Positions 53,601 through 63,266 of a stretch of 64,000 nt of DNA are shown piece by piece. Each line of letters begins with the position of its first letter. The stretch's first letter is position 1. Source of the DNA: Podarcis cretensis (taxonomy: Eukaryota); the NCBI GenBank assembly GCA_951804945.1, contig OX638158.1, forward strand, positions 43,524,001-43,588,000, read 5' to 3'. Under the pieces are notes generated by a model. It did no database searches, was not told the origin of the DNA, and worked only from the letters and a program-made list of their open reading frames with translations. The translations under genes were made by a program, and so were the position numbers.

Positions 53601-56600
53601 AGATGGAATATGCTATTAAAAAATAACTGACTACATGCATGTAACACGGGCAAAAGGACTTCAGACTGATATTCTGTGAGTGCTAGCTTTGCATAGAAAA
53701 GAGAATATGCTAGAGATAGATCCTTAGGCTGTTTTTTCTGCAGGAAAAAGTTTGTGCCATTATAAATATAAAAACTAAATTGCTAACTGCAGAAACAAGA
53801 AGCACAATGTTTGAAACAATTTGTGAAAGCAAACAGCACTAACAAATTGCATTTTTTCAGATATTCAAAAATAGTTCTCATAAACTAATAGAAAACAACA
53901 GGGGAATTTTATTCAGCAAGAATCAGTCATTTAACTAACTGATTAATCCTGCACATTCTCCAATATGCTTATGCTGTTTTTACATAACAAAGGGATGGAC
54001 AGATGCATGACCAGAGCTTTTAATCCAAACACTGCATTTGGAGGTCAGAAAGATCATGTGATTTCATGCACAGCTGGCATGGAATAAGCTGTCTTTTTTT
54101 TTTTAATGGACCATTCCGATTAGTTAAATTTTACTCATTCAAGCTGAAATACACATGCATTAAAATCAATGGGAGATTTTCCTCTATTGACTTCACCAGT
54201 CCATAGAATCTGCTGTGTCAATCTATGTTTTTTTAAGAAGTATTAAAAGGGTCAAGTATTCTTGTCAAACTGTTCTTCTATACTTACATAACATCTTTAA
54301 ACATTTGTTTACTGAGAACACCTCTTTAACAGCATATGGATTTAGTTAAATTTCTAAGAATAGCATTTGTTCATGTAGCATAAATTTCAATGGGGGAAAT
54401 ATAACAATGACTTTACAAAAAAAACCTGGGTATAATAGAATCTACAGTTAAGCATGCTTAAATCCTGTTGATTTCAGTAAGATTTACACGTGCTCAACTA
54501 TGTAGTGTATTATTACCATCCTCAAACTTGAGTCTTTAGCTACTGTTGAACTACAACTCCCATCATCCCTAGCTAGCAAGACCAGTGGTCAGGGAGAGTG
54601 GAGTGGAGACCCAACTACAAGTGGAGTGAAGATCCAAGTTTGAGAAACGTTGTCCTATTCCATTGCCCCACCAGAACCATCCCAGTCTCTACTGTAGGTC
54701 TTCAGAAATGGGAGGCAGTGGGGTTGGAAAGCGGGAAAAGTTATGAAGCAGCTACACAACTAGAAAAGGAAATTGGGGAACATGGAAGAGACATGTGGAT
54801 AAAACAGCAGGGTTCTTCCATCTCTACATACACCACACAAAATTACAAGCAGTATCAGACAGTCTTTAATATGCCACAGGAAACCCTGTGTTAAACACAA
54901 AGAGCTATGTGAAGAATTAGAACAGCTGCTGGTGCTGTTTCACAGCCATTTGCACACAAAGAGTTCCTGGTACATTCATGCAGGTAAATTATCCAGCAAT
55001 TCTTTTGATTGCACTTGAGCAGCAGCGTGCACACATGGAAAAACCTATTTGGGTTTTAGTTTCACTTTTCTAGTTCAACACACAGGAACAGCTTTGGATC
55101 CAACCCTCTGTTGTTTTCGTTGCAATAGAAAACCTGATTGCTATTCTAGCATTCATCACACTTTCTTTAAATCAGTGCAGCCTATTTTGACATAAAAGCA
55201 ACTGTCCAGCAGGGAACAATGGAAAGGAGACCACTGAAAAACTTTATGGCATGCACCAATGTTTTGTGCACATAGGCTAATGAATGTCTTACAAGCCAAC
55301 TCTTAATAATTTCTGCTTCAGAAAATATACACTAGAGATGAGGCACAGTAACTCTTAACGGAATTAAACAGTACCTTGCAGGGATAGTTCTTACACTGCA
55401 GACATGGGCTGGAGCTACCAAGTTTAGACAGAGGATCTTAGTCACATTTGTTAAATAAATACAGGTGTTTATCAAGACTACTTACTATCTCATGAACCAT
55501 GTTTGAAGTTGTTTGTATAACAAAACAGTATGAATATCATATGTGCTAATGATACTCAGTTCTGTCGTATCTCAGGTGAGGCCTAAACCAGGGTCCAGAT
55601 GCAGAAATGGACTGGATCCTGGCAAGACTATGGGGGGGTGGATTCCAATCCAGGAGCTGGGTGATGAAACCAACCTATTTTAGATGGAAAAAATTCCTTC
55701 CAGTAGCACCTTAAAGACCAACTATTTTAGATGGAGTTGCACTCCCTGCAAAGGACTGTATATGCCATTTGAGAGTACACCGTGACTCTTCTTTGTTCAT
55801 AGGAGTCCAGATGGCTATGGTGATTAGGAGTGCCTTCTACTTGATTTGACTGATATATCAAATGCTCCAAGTCTTGGACCAGGACAGCCTGGCTTCTGTG
55901 ACCTATGCACTGGTGACTTCTAGACTGGATTACTATAATGTCCTCAATGCAAAATTCCCTTTGAGGTTGGTTTGGAAGCTGCAGTTGGTGCAAGATGCTG
56001 CAGTGAGGTTACTTGGTGGAGCATCCTACTGTGCACATACTGTACCACTCATTAAGGAGTTGCAGTAACTGTCAATGAACTACTGGGTCAACTTCAAGGT
56101 TTTGGTTTTAACCTACAAAGCTCTGAAAAATACCTGCAGGAGCCCTACTACCCTGCTTAAGCACTGTGCTCAACTGCAGAGGCCTTCTTTATTTTTTTAG
56201 AAGGCTGCTCAGGATTTATTAGTTTCCATCAGACATGTACAAAACAAGAATTAAGTGTTAATAAGGCTTTGTTGGGTGGGGAGAGAGGGGAGAAGATGCA
56301 GCTGCACTGACAAAAAACAAAGTTGTAGAAAAGGATGGTACAGAAGATTTCTCCCCCCCCCCTTTTGTTGCCATTTTTGCTTCTATAAAAACCTATGTCT
56401 AAGAAGTACTCAAAGCAGTTTGCTCTACTCTACAGGAAGGGGGAGTGGAAAATGGGTTCTGCTTCCTAGTGCTCAAGTCAGAAGCTTCCGGCCAGGGAGT
56501 GTCAGTCTCCTCATGCAGTGGAAACTGTACAGTGGTGCCCCACAAGACGAATGCCTCGCAAGACGGAAAACTCGCTAGACGAAAGAGTTTTCCGTTTTGG

Positions 56601-59600
56601 AGGTGCTTCGCAAAACGAATTTCCTATGGGCTTGCTTCGCAAGACGAAAATGTCTTGCGAGTTCCTGCGGGTTTTTTTCCCTTCCCCCCCCCTTTTTCTA
56701 AGCCGCTAAGCCGCTTATCCGCTAAGCGCCGCTAATAGTGCTAATCCGCTAAGCCGTCAATGGGCTTGCTTCGCAAGACGAAAAAACCGCTAGACGCAGA
56801 GAATCGCGGAACGGATTCTTTTCGTCTTGCGAAGCACCACTGTATTCGGTTTTCTGGGCTCACTGGCGTAGCACTTCCACATCACATCCTGAGCCAGGCC
56901 ACATGTAATCATGCAGTTCACCATCTTTAAAGTTCCTGGGTTCTCTAGGGATTCCAACACAGTTGTCATGACTGGGTGGGTCGTCTTTCCAAAGAAGAAG
57001 CTGGCCCACCAGTGCCCAGGGTCAGACTTGGGGAGACCTGTATGGTGAGGGATGTCTTCCCCATAATCAGCACTTCCACAGGAGCTGTGGCTAGAAGTGG
57101 AACCCACATGCTTTTGGCAGCAGTCGTGGCTTGCCACAAGGGAGCCGCTTGGCGGTACTGCTGCCATGTTTCTTTGTTCTTGTGCAAGTTGTAACCCCTT
57201 TAAGACTTAACGCTGCACTCAGCAAAATCCTAGCTGTTTCAGACCACAGGTGACCTGGCTCGGGGGTGGGGGCTAGGTGATGGAGCCCATTTGCAAAGGA
57301 GATACTAGGAGTACACTCCACGCACACCCAAAAACATCGAGGCATGTATGGATTTCAGAGGCCCTCTTTGTTGTGCCACAATCTTGTTTAGTGACAACTA
57401 GTGTCTGCCATAGCTGCCCACTTCCTATTGAATTACTTCTTTATGGAGCTCCAATAAGCACAAAATGCTAAGGAAATTTCTGTATTTCTTAAAAATACAC
57501 CTGCACACTCAAAGCTCTTGTAATGTTTAATGTCAAGAATTAATTAATGGTGTGGGACTTTTACATTCTAGCTAATCACCATTCATCCACAGCACAGAGT
57601 TAGGGCTTCCATGTTACTGACCCAAAAGTAAGAGTCACTCAATTTTGCACTTTTTAGGGTGTTTAAAAATGTCCAGACTTACGTTTTAATTCTGCATTTA
57701 AGAATGTGTGCATTTATTTTGTGTCAGTTACTACTGAAACAAGTGCTACTACAGTCAATCTTGATCACGTACCACCTGGAGGTTAATAAAAAGTGTTATG
57801 CTGATATCAGCTGAGACCCACTCCTTCCATTAAAACCTCTACTCACAGTTCCATTTACTTGGCAGTCTCACACCATCTCTGTGTCTACAGACCATATGCT
57901 CCATCTCTATAATTACCTCTGAAGTTGTGAGACTGGAACAAAATATTCTTATCTGCCTCTGCCAGGTCTCATACCAGAAAAAGCAATGAAAGAGCCCTGC
58001 TGGATCAAATCAAACACCTAACCAGTCCAACACTTTGTTTTTACAGAGGCCAACTATGGGAAGCCTGCAAGCAAGACCCAAGTGGAGCAGTACTCTCCCC
58101 ACTTGTGATGCCCAGCAAATGGCATCAGGTACAGTGCCTCTGAGTGTAGAACACAGGTAGAACACAGCCATCATGACTAACAGTTACTAATAGATCAATC
58201 CACCATGAATTTGTCTAATCCTTTATTAAATCCATTAAAGTTAATGGCCATCACTTAATCTTTGGGGAGCAAGATCTAGAAGTAAACTATGTGCAGAGTG
58301 AAAAAGTATTTTCTTTTGCTTGTGCTGAATCTTTCAACATTCAACTTTTCTTGGGTGGCCACCAGTAGCATCTCTCCTACATAAAGAAAATACCTTAAGA
58401 AACCATGTTTTGGAAAAAGCTGAGGATATACACTTTAACTTACAGCAGCAATCTAGAGAATGTTAAACATCTCATGAACTCAATCACACTCTTGATCAGT
58501 CTCAACTTAGAACCACACACACGTAGAACCACACACTATAAGAAGACTACTTAAATCAACCATCAGTCTTCCAGTTCTGACATCTCTGTTAAGTTTTAGT
58601 TTGATCTAAAAAAGACCAGGAATTGAGAATGTTTAGATCCAGCCCCTCCTCTCTCCACCTGCTTCCCCATTATCTTAGTTTCCCTTTAACATTTCCTTAT
58701 TACCGTATTTTTCGCCCTATAGGACGCACTTTTTCTCCTCCAAAAATGAAGGGGAAATGTGTGTGCATCCTATGGGGCGAATGCAGGCTTTCGCTGAAGC
58801 CTGGAGAGCGAGAGGGGTCGGTGTGCACCGACCCCTCTCGCTCTCCAGGCTTCAGCGAAAGCCTTGGGAGCCCGGCGGGAGTTCTCACGGAAGGCGCCCA
58901 CTCCGTCTCCGGCAGGGATGCGGCGCGCGGGGAGCCTCCACCTGGGTGGGAGACGAGGCGATGCCGGGGCGTCCGGCCGAGCTCCGCAGCGCCTGCAGCC
59001 GCACTTGCTGCTGCTTCTGGAAAGGCGAGCTGCTCCTGACGCGGGGAGAACCAGGGACATGCAGCCGATACCCCTCCGGCCCCGGCCAGGTGAGCTGGCG
59101 GGCAGGTTGGGCGGCCAAGCAGGGTTGGTTGGGGGAGCAGGCGGGCGCGCAGCACGGGGCCACAGAGCCACCCAACGGGAGAGCCGAGCGCAGCCCCTGC
59201 AGGAGGACAGCGGGGCGCTGCCCATGGAGAGCCCCGCCGCGCTGGAGGACGCACTCCTCGGCTGCCCACCCACCTTGGGGCTGCCTGGCATTGTGCGTCC
59301 GGCTGCCCCTCTTTCCTTGGAAGCGGTGCAGGCTGCGAGGGAAGGGGGGATCCCAGATCTCTGCCCGGTACAGCGGGTCTGAGTCCCGGACGCAGCTGAG
59401 CTGGGGTGGACGGCGGGAGGCACCGGGGAGAGAAGCCGGAGAGGTTCAGGAGGGACCTCCCAACTTATTTTCGGAGCGCTGCGGAGGGAGGGGGACTTGC
59501 GCGCTTAAGGCGGCAAAGAGCTGCTTGCAAAACAACCGCTGATCTTTCGGCACTTCGCATTAGCAGAGGGGGTGGCGAGGGGAAGCATCTGCCCAAGGAG

Positions 59601-62600
59601 CAGCGGGAGGGGAGGCATTGCTTGTTCTTGTTTCGTTAGCCTTCCGGATTTGCCTGCTTCTGGTGGCGCTTTGGGGCTGATCACCATGCGCCTGCTTATC
59701 ACTTGTGGACTTGTTGCTTGGAGACGCCTAGCTCCAGCTGTGCTAACTTTCTCCGCTGAAGTGCAGTGCGCCTGAGTCAGCTTCGAAGCAGACGAAGAGT
59801 TCTGCTTGCCGCCTGTGACTCGCCCGGATGGCTCATTCACGGGCAAGTCACTGCAAAAAAACCAGGGATATGCCTTCTTAGCCCCGCCGGAGTACTTTTT
59901 AAAAGGCAGCGAGCCTTAAGGCTAGAGAGGTAAAGGAAGCAACACTCCAAGTGAACAACTGCAGACTTCTTTGCCTTTGCAAATGCATCATTTGTCAGAC
60001 TTCTGAAATGTCAGTTTATGCATCATTGCTTTGGCTATGGTGCGGACCCCTCCCAAAGTTTTTATAAATAACACAAAACAATTTAAAGTGCTTGGTTTTC
60101 AGGGTCCTGCCTCATTTTCAGGGACTGTCTCTTAATTCTGGACATCACTGCCCCCAAAGGAGCACGATGCCATATTCCCAACTGCTAGGCACTGTAGAGA
60201 CTTCTTAGGATGGAAACCTTATCAGTGCTGGTTGTGTATAAACTTTCTGAGCAGTCAATTATTTGTAGCAAAGCTGTGCTTTGTGGTTGCTTTTTTTAAA
60301 AGGGGGTTAAACTTAAGACTCTGTAAAAGGAAGGTTTTACCTGTGGGTTCTGAGATCTTTTTTCTGAATTTTATTTTCTTTATTTCCCCCCAAAAAACCT
60401 AGGTGTGCCCTATGGGCGTCCTATAGGGCGAAAAATACGGTATATATCCATCATTAAAATGATTTAGCTATCATTAAAAGGTTAATCAACATTCAATGGC
60501 CGGATAGCCTTTAAATGTATCATATGTGGCTTTCTCAACAAAAGACTACTTGTAGTGGAGCATGAAAATAACTACACAGAAAAAGTATTATGGCTTTCAT
60601 TAATTGTAGATACTTAACTACACCATGCATGGACATCGCTGAGAACACAGGCCCAGATACAACAATCAAAAATTGTCTTCTTTTTCCCCTTTTCTTTTTT
60701 GACATTCAGTGAATGTGTTCGGGGATCATGCCAAACCACAGTTTAGCATCATGGGAATGAGCTGCAGTGAGCCTTAGACTCAAGGCAGCAATGCTTCTGA
60801 ATATCAGCTGCTGGAAACCACAAAAGGGGAGAGTGCTCTTGTACTTGAATCCTGATTGCAGGTTTCCCACAGGCAGTCACTATGAGAGCAGGATACTGAA
60901 CTAGATGGGCCATTGGCCTGATCCAGCAGAGTTTTCTTATGTGCTTACATGTTCCATCATTCCCATTCTTCCTCTGGTATAGCTGCATCAAGTTTGGAAG
61001 CTTTTGCTTCTTTTTTTATTTAACCACAGTTTGTTTAGTGTACAAACTAACGAACAGTGATTAATGTTAACTCTTTGTCTGAAACAAGCTAATATCCAAC
61101 ACAGTTCATTGGCTCATTTTCATGTTGGCACTCTCACTGGCAAAGTTCCCAACTAGTGGGTTGTGCTGATGTTTCTAGAGGTGCTGGGCACATATCTGCT
61201 ATTTATATGCCATTTTTAAATTTTCTGATTGTGTTTCACCCACCTGCTTCCAGGGCTGACTATACACAGACTATGGTGGTAATTACACTAGCACAGTGGT
61301 GATCTCCCCAGCTCCCCTCCCCAAATGGAGTATAGGATTGCTATGTAAAATACTCCCAAGTGCATGGCATTTTCTTAGCCATGTCTTGCTACTATTTTAC
61401 TTGTTTTTACCATAAATATTTTATTGTATACCTTCAATTACATTATTTTCACTGATGAAATCAAATGGAAGGAAAAGGATTATCAAATGTAAGATACAGT
61501 CTTAGACAAATCCTCAATAAGTTGACTAAGAAAAATACCATCTGCTCAGTAAAAAAACAAGCCCAAACACCCCCCGATATTTGGCACACCTTTTAATGAC
61601 ATAATATTTCATAATTAATCAAAGCATGTCCTTTATTATACTATGCAGGAAGCAGCTATAAAACTACAAAAATGGCCTTCAATACAATTTCTTGTAGGGC
61701 TGCAGCCCTATAAAATTAGATTTTGAGTACTAGAATATTGACAAGTTAACGTTTCAAAATAAGATGACTACCAAAGGATTTTCTTGGCACAGGTTATCTC
61801 TGCTACTGCTACCACCAGCATCTAAACAGCAAAATATAATATGCCCCTGCTATACTGGACGACTTGTCTTTCTGGGGCAGGAAAGGCTGGATTTTTAAAA
61901 TGCAGAAGACTTATAAATCCTCAAAAGAAAGGTAAGCACAATGGACAGAGAAACAGTTGGAATTTGTTTTTTTGTTTTTAAGTGCACTGGCATTTTTAAG
62001 TACACTGGCAGGTAACTGAGAAACAACTAAGGCACCTATTAATAACATAGAGCACTATTCATTAGGTGCCCATAACACCACTGCAGTCATCTTCCTGATA
62101 GTCACGCTTATGAGAGTAGAAAAGAAATTGGTGTTTCCCAGCAACTGATTGCCTGGTTTGTAACTAATGCAACTTCCAGAAACTCTGTTAATCTGTCAGA
62201 GAGAAAAACATAACTTTGCAACACCTTTAAAAACTAACAAATATACAGGGTGAGTCCTTTAAAAGAGGCACCGTGCATACAGAGTACACATGTTCCATGG
62301 GGCCTCTTTTAAAACACTCACCATGTATTATGTCCTAAAAACCAACAAATACATTACGCCTGTACAAAATTAACAAAAGTTTATCCCATAATAAATATGC
62401 CCATCTTCAGAGAGCTACCACACTCTTTGTTGTTCCCCTAATTTATAGGATCAAGCTGTAAGCCACAATAGGCCCCAAACTCTACAGCGAAAAGGGGGAA
62501 AGGAGATCAATGACCTCACAAGACCAGAAAGTGTATCGCTCTTGTTTAAATCTAGCTCTGAATCCTTTTACCCAAACCAGAAAGCTGCCCTGTGGGCCCC

Positions 62601-63266
62601 TAAATTGTGCAATTGCGCGCTTGGGCCATTAGCAGGTTCAAAAGCCTTTTTCAGCGTTTAACTAGAGGAGTGTGATACTTCTCTCTTGAGGTTTTTGAGT
62701 CTCAGGACCCCCCCCTTTTTTTTCCCCTTCTTTTTTCAAGTAAACTCAAGGCACCTGCAGTTCCTCGCTCCTTTATGTGTGATTAAGGGAAAGCGGTTCA
62801 TTGGTTACGGATTGTCCAGGAGGACACCCCCTCCCCATCCAGTTTCCAGCCCAAATATCCTTGTGAGGGAATCAGAATTAACGAGGGGGACAGGGCAAAG
62901 CCTCGTCCTCTACCTACCCACCCCTGCGGGCACTGGGGAGCTTGCCTGCCCAGCCTGTTCCCTTCCCCTCCCCGCAGCCCAGCCAAGGCGCACCCGCCGC
63001 CGCCGCTTCTCCCTCCCAGACAATCCTGCCCGCGCCTCCGGGCCAACCTCCGCCCCCGCCTGGGAAAGGAGTGCCAAGAGGAGGGCGGAGGCCTCCGCTG
63101 CCGCCGCCACTTTCCGCTCCTCCTCCTCCCTCTCGCCGCCACCCAGCTTCTTCTCCAGGCTGACGGGGTTGCGAGGGAGGCCTTAAAGCCAGCAGGGCCT
63201 CACCTCAGGGTGCAGGATAGGGACGCAGCCCGCTTCTTTCTCGTACTCCTCCAGAGGCGCCGCCAT
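14862..63266 (-). CDS. ZDHHC17: Palmitoyltransferase ZDHHC17 (HIP14), 622 aa, 17 coding exons
   Basis: Exons sum to 1869 nt; N-terminal ankyrin repeats, TM helices, DHHC-CRD ([15 protein letters not shown]), TTNE motif, C-terminus ...GSGYQLV*. Confidence 0.97.
15528..15719. mobile_element. hAT-type MITE
   Basis: 8-bp TSD ccctaaaa; TIR cagctttccaaac...gtttggaaagctctg. Confidence 0.75.
16793..16887 (-). CDS. ZDHHC17: ZDHHC17 exon 16
   Basis: [31 protein letters not shown]; AG/GT. Confidence 0.95.
18660..18817 (-). CDS. ZDHHC17: ZDHHC17 exon 15
   Basis: [52 protein letters not shown]; AG/GT. Confidence 0.95.
19066..19149 (-). CDS. ZDHHC17: ZDHHC17 exon 14
   Basis: [27 protein letters not shown]; AG/GT. 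Confidence 0.95.
20052..20145 (-). CDS. ZDHHC17: ZDHHC17 exon 13 (DHHC motif)
   Basis: [31 protein letters not shown]; AG/GT. Confidence 0.97.
21996..22058 (-). CDS. ZDHHC17: ZDHHC17 exon 12
   Basis: [21 protein letters not shown]; AG/GT. Confidence 0.93.
22255..22292 (-). ncRNA. Minimal hammerhead ribozyme motif in Penelope pLTR (sense in ZDHHC17 pre-mRNA)
   Basis: GUAU-CUGAAGA-A-GUGUGcaugCACAC-GAAA-GC-UC-AUAC: CUGANGA/GAAA core, stem II, 4-bp stem I, palindromic AGCU in place of stem III. Confidence 0.65.
22841..22878 (+). ncRNA. Second copy of the hammerhead motif (inverted pLTR)
   Basis: gtatctgaagaagtgtgcatgcacacgaaagctcatac. Confidence 0.65.
23604..23642. repeat. (TG)n microsatellite
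   Basis: Direct reading. Confidence 0.95.
23962..24086 (-). CDS. ZDHHC17: ZDHHC17 exon 11 (preceded by AC acceptor)
   Basis: [41 protein letters not shown]; upstream TTCCTTAAC...TAC|. Confidence 0.94.
24530..25077. mobile_element. Tc1/mariner (Tc2-like ends) MITE, GC-rich interior
   Basis: TA TSD; TIR ccgtatttttcg...cgaaaaatacgg; same termini as 58703-60440 in opposite orientation; internal ~95-bp tandem duplication and hairpin. Confidence 0.88.
26283..26531. mobile_element. Tigger-like MITE (family of 1889-2140, inverted)
   Basis: TIR cagtcgtaccttgg...ccaaggtacgact; interior matches the reverse complement of 1889-2140. Confidence 0.82.
28344..28444 (-). CDS. ZDHHC17: ZDHHC17 exon 10 (followed by AT donor)
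   Basis: [33 protein letters not shown]|ATATCCTT. Confidence 0.94.
30023..30165 (-). CDS. ZDHHC17: ZDHHC17 exon 9
   Basis: [47 protein letters not shown]; AG/GT. Confidence 0.95.
30525..30650 (-). CDS. ZDHHC17: ZDHHC17 exon 8
   Basis: [42 protein letters not shown]; AG/GT. Confidence 0.95.
32964..33043. mobile_element. 80-bp mariner-type mini-MITE
   Basis: TA TSD; TIR cagggtgagtc...gactcaccctg; second copy at 62246-62325. Confidence 0.85.
33044..33100. repeat. (TAGA)n microsatellite
   Basis: Direct reading; begins at the MITE TA TSD. Confidence 0.9.
35581..35935 (+). mobile_element. Sauria SINE (full length)
   Basis: tRNA-like head gggacgcgggtggcgctgtgggttaaacc...ggttcgaatcc (A/B boxes), ccttta-repeat tail, TSD tatgccactcta/tatgtcactcta. 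Confidence 0.88.
36145..36293 (+). mobile_element. hAT transposase remnant (BED zinc finger)
   Basis: [25 protein letters not shown]...[12 protein letters not shown] follows the zf-BED pattern W.YF...A.C..C...S.....L...H. Confidence 0.6.
37771..38532. mobile_element. Probable hAT (Blackjack/Tip100-like) non-autonomous element with GC-rich interior
   Basis: Inverted ends taggcctgctgtat...atatggcaagccta; no clean TSD. Confidence 0.45.
39838..40000 (-). CDS. ZDHHC17: ZDHHC17 exon 7
   Basis: [54 protein letters not shown]; AG/GT. Confidence 0.95.
41462..41526 (-). CDS. ZDHHC17: ZDHHC17 exon 6
   Basis: [21 protein letters not shown]; AG/GT. Confidence 0.95.
42400..42900 (+). mobile_element. L2-clade LINE RT fragment
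   Basis: [21 protein letters not shown] and [43 protein letters not shown] (RT N-terminal motifs, frameshifted). Confidence 0.8.
43620..43814. mobile_element. Partial Tigger-like MITE
   Basis: Ends ccaaggtgctactg+TA; internal cacttccgggtttgc motif shared with the 1889/26283 family. Confidence 0.55.
44157..44301 (-). CDS. ZDHHC17: ZDHHC17 exon 5
   Basis: [48 protein letters not shown]; AG/GT. Confidence 0.95.
44640..44880. mobile_element. Palindromic MITE-like repeat
   Basis: Long imperfect inverted repeat (ttataccactttaacagtcatg...catgactgcgaaagtggtataa). Confidence 0.55.
45480..45650 (-). mobile_element. CR1-like LINE fragment
   Basis: Reverse strand resembles CR1 ORF2 C-terminal region (gagctggaaaagatgcagcca...aaaatgatcaaggggctggag). 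Confidence 0.55.
45715..45792 (-). CDS. ZDHHC17: ZDHHC17 exon 4
   Basis: [25 protein letters not shown]; AG/GT. Confidence 0.95.
47100..47400 (-). mobile_element. L2-clade LINE fragment
   Basis: [14 protein letters not shown] and [28 protein letters not shown] motifs. Confidence 0.75.
47555..47677 (-). CDS. ZDHHC17: ZDHHC17 exon 3
   Basis: [40 protein letters not shown]; AG/GT. Confidence 0.95.
48320..48382. repeat. (TTTTC)n/(TTTC)n microsatellite
   Basis: Direct reading. Confidence 0.9.
48499..48728. mobile_element. Tigger-like MITE
   Basis: TA TSD; TIR cagtggtacctcgggtta...taacccgaggtaccactg. Confidence 0.9.
50130..50233 (-). CDS. ZDHHC17: ZDHHC17 exon 2
   Basis: [34 protein letters not shown]; AG/GT. 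Confidence 0.95.
52093..52228. mobile_element. hAT-type MITE
   Basis: Perfect 8-bp TSD cgttaaga; TIR caggctt...aagcctg. Confidence 0.85.
52649..53440 (+). mobile_element. Degenerate Squam3-like tRNA SINE split by an L1 insertion
   Basis: Head ...cagtggccaatcacatgctttgc...caggtttaatccctggc and tail gatggatcagtggtctgacttggtataaggcagcttc flank the L1. Confidence 0.6.
52743..53370 (+). mobile_element. 5'-truncated L1-clade LINE 3' end
   Basis: 18-bp TSD gtaaagttgggaaaatat; [38 protein letters not shown]2 C-terminal-like peptide; T-rich 3' UTR, aataaa and A tail. Confidence 0.85.
55520..56190 (+). mobile_element. L2-clade LINE fragment (host of the PPDPF retrocopy)
   Basis: [42 protein letters not shown]; L2-like sequence resumes after 57356. 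Confidence 0.8.
56191..57355 (-). pseudogene. PPDPF: Processed PPDPF retrocopy (ORF 57167-56790 open; original stop at 56511-56513)
   Basis: [15 protein letters not shown]...[11 protein letters not shown]...[18 protein letters not shown]...VMTTVLES...TCGLA matches PPDPF as I recall it; intronless; AATAAA at 56215-56220; poly(A) remnant ~56188-56198; TSD cagaggccttcttt (56177-56190) / cagaggccctcttt (57356-57369). Confidence 0.9.
56530..56842. mobile_element. Tigger-like MITE inserted in the PPDPF retrocopy
   Basis: TA TSD; TIR cagtggtgc...gcaccactg; same family as 11254-11573. Confidence 0.9.
57590..57871 (+). repeat. ~280-bp direct repeat, copy 1 (ZDHHC17 intron 1)
   Basis: Aligns by eye with 63685-63957, including an identical acccactccttccattaaaacctctactcacagttccatttacttggcagtctcac block. 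Confidence 0.85.
57985..58370 (-). mobile_element. CR1-like LINE 3' end
   Basis: aagagccctgctggatca...ccagtccaaca; reverse complement resembles 60780-60945. Confidence 0.6.
58703..60440. mobile_element. 1.74-kb non-autonomous Tc1/mariner (Tc2-like ends) element with captured GC-rich cargo
   Basis: TA TSD; TIR ccgtatttttcgccctataggacgc...gcgtcctatagggcgaaaaatacgg; subterminal regions shared with 24530-25077; no transposase ORF. Confidence 0.85.
60780..60945 (+). mobile_element. CR1-like 3' terminus
   Basis: gatactgaactagatgggccattggcctgatccagcagagttttcttatgt terminal motif. Confidence 0.6.
62246..62325. mobile_element. 80-bp mariner-type mini-MITE (inverted copy of 32964-33043)
   Basis: TA TSD, cagggtgagt TIR, same interior reversed. 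Confidence 0.8.
63204..63266 (-). CDS. ZDHHC17: ZDHHC17 exon 1 (coding part)
   Basis: aagATGG Kozak context; [21 protein letters not shown]|gtgagg. Confidence 0.93.

Noticed and set aside
58623-59846. Long overlapping ORFs (up to 261 aa) on both strands
   Set aside because: Expected in stop-poor GC-rich DNA inside a TIR element; low-complexity P/G/R/A products with no recognisable domain or transposase motif
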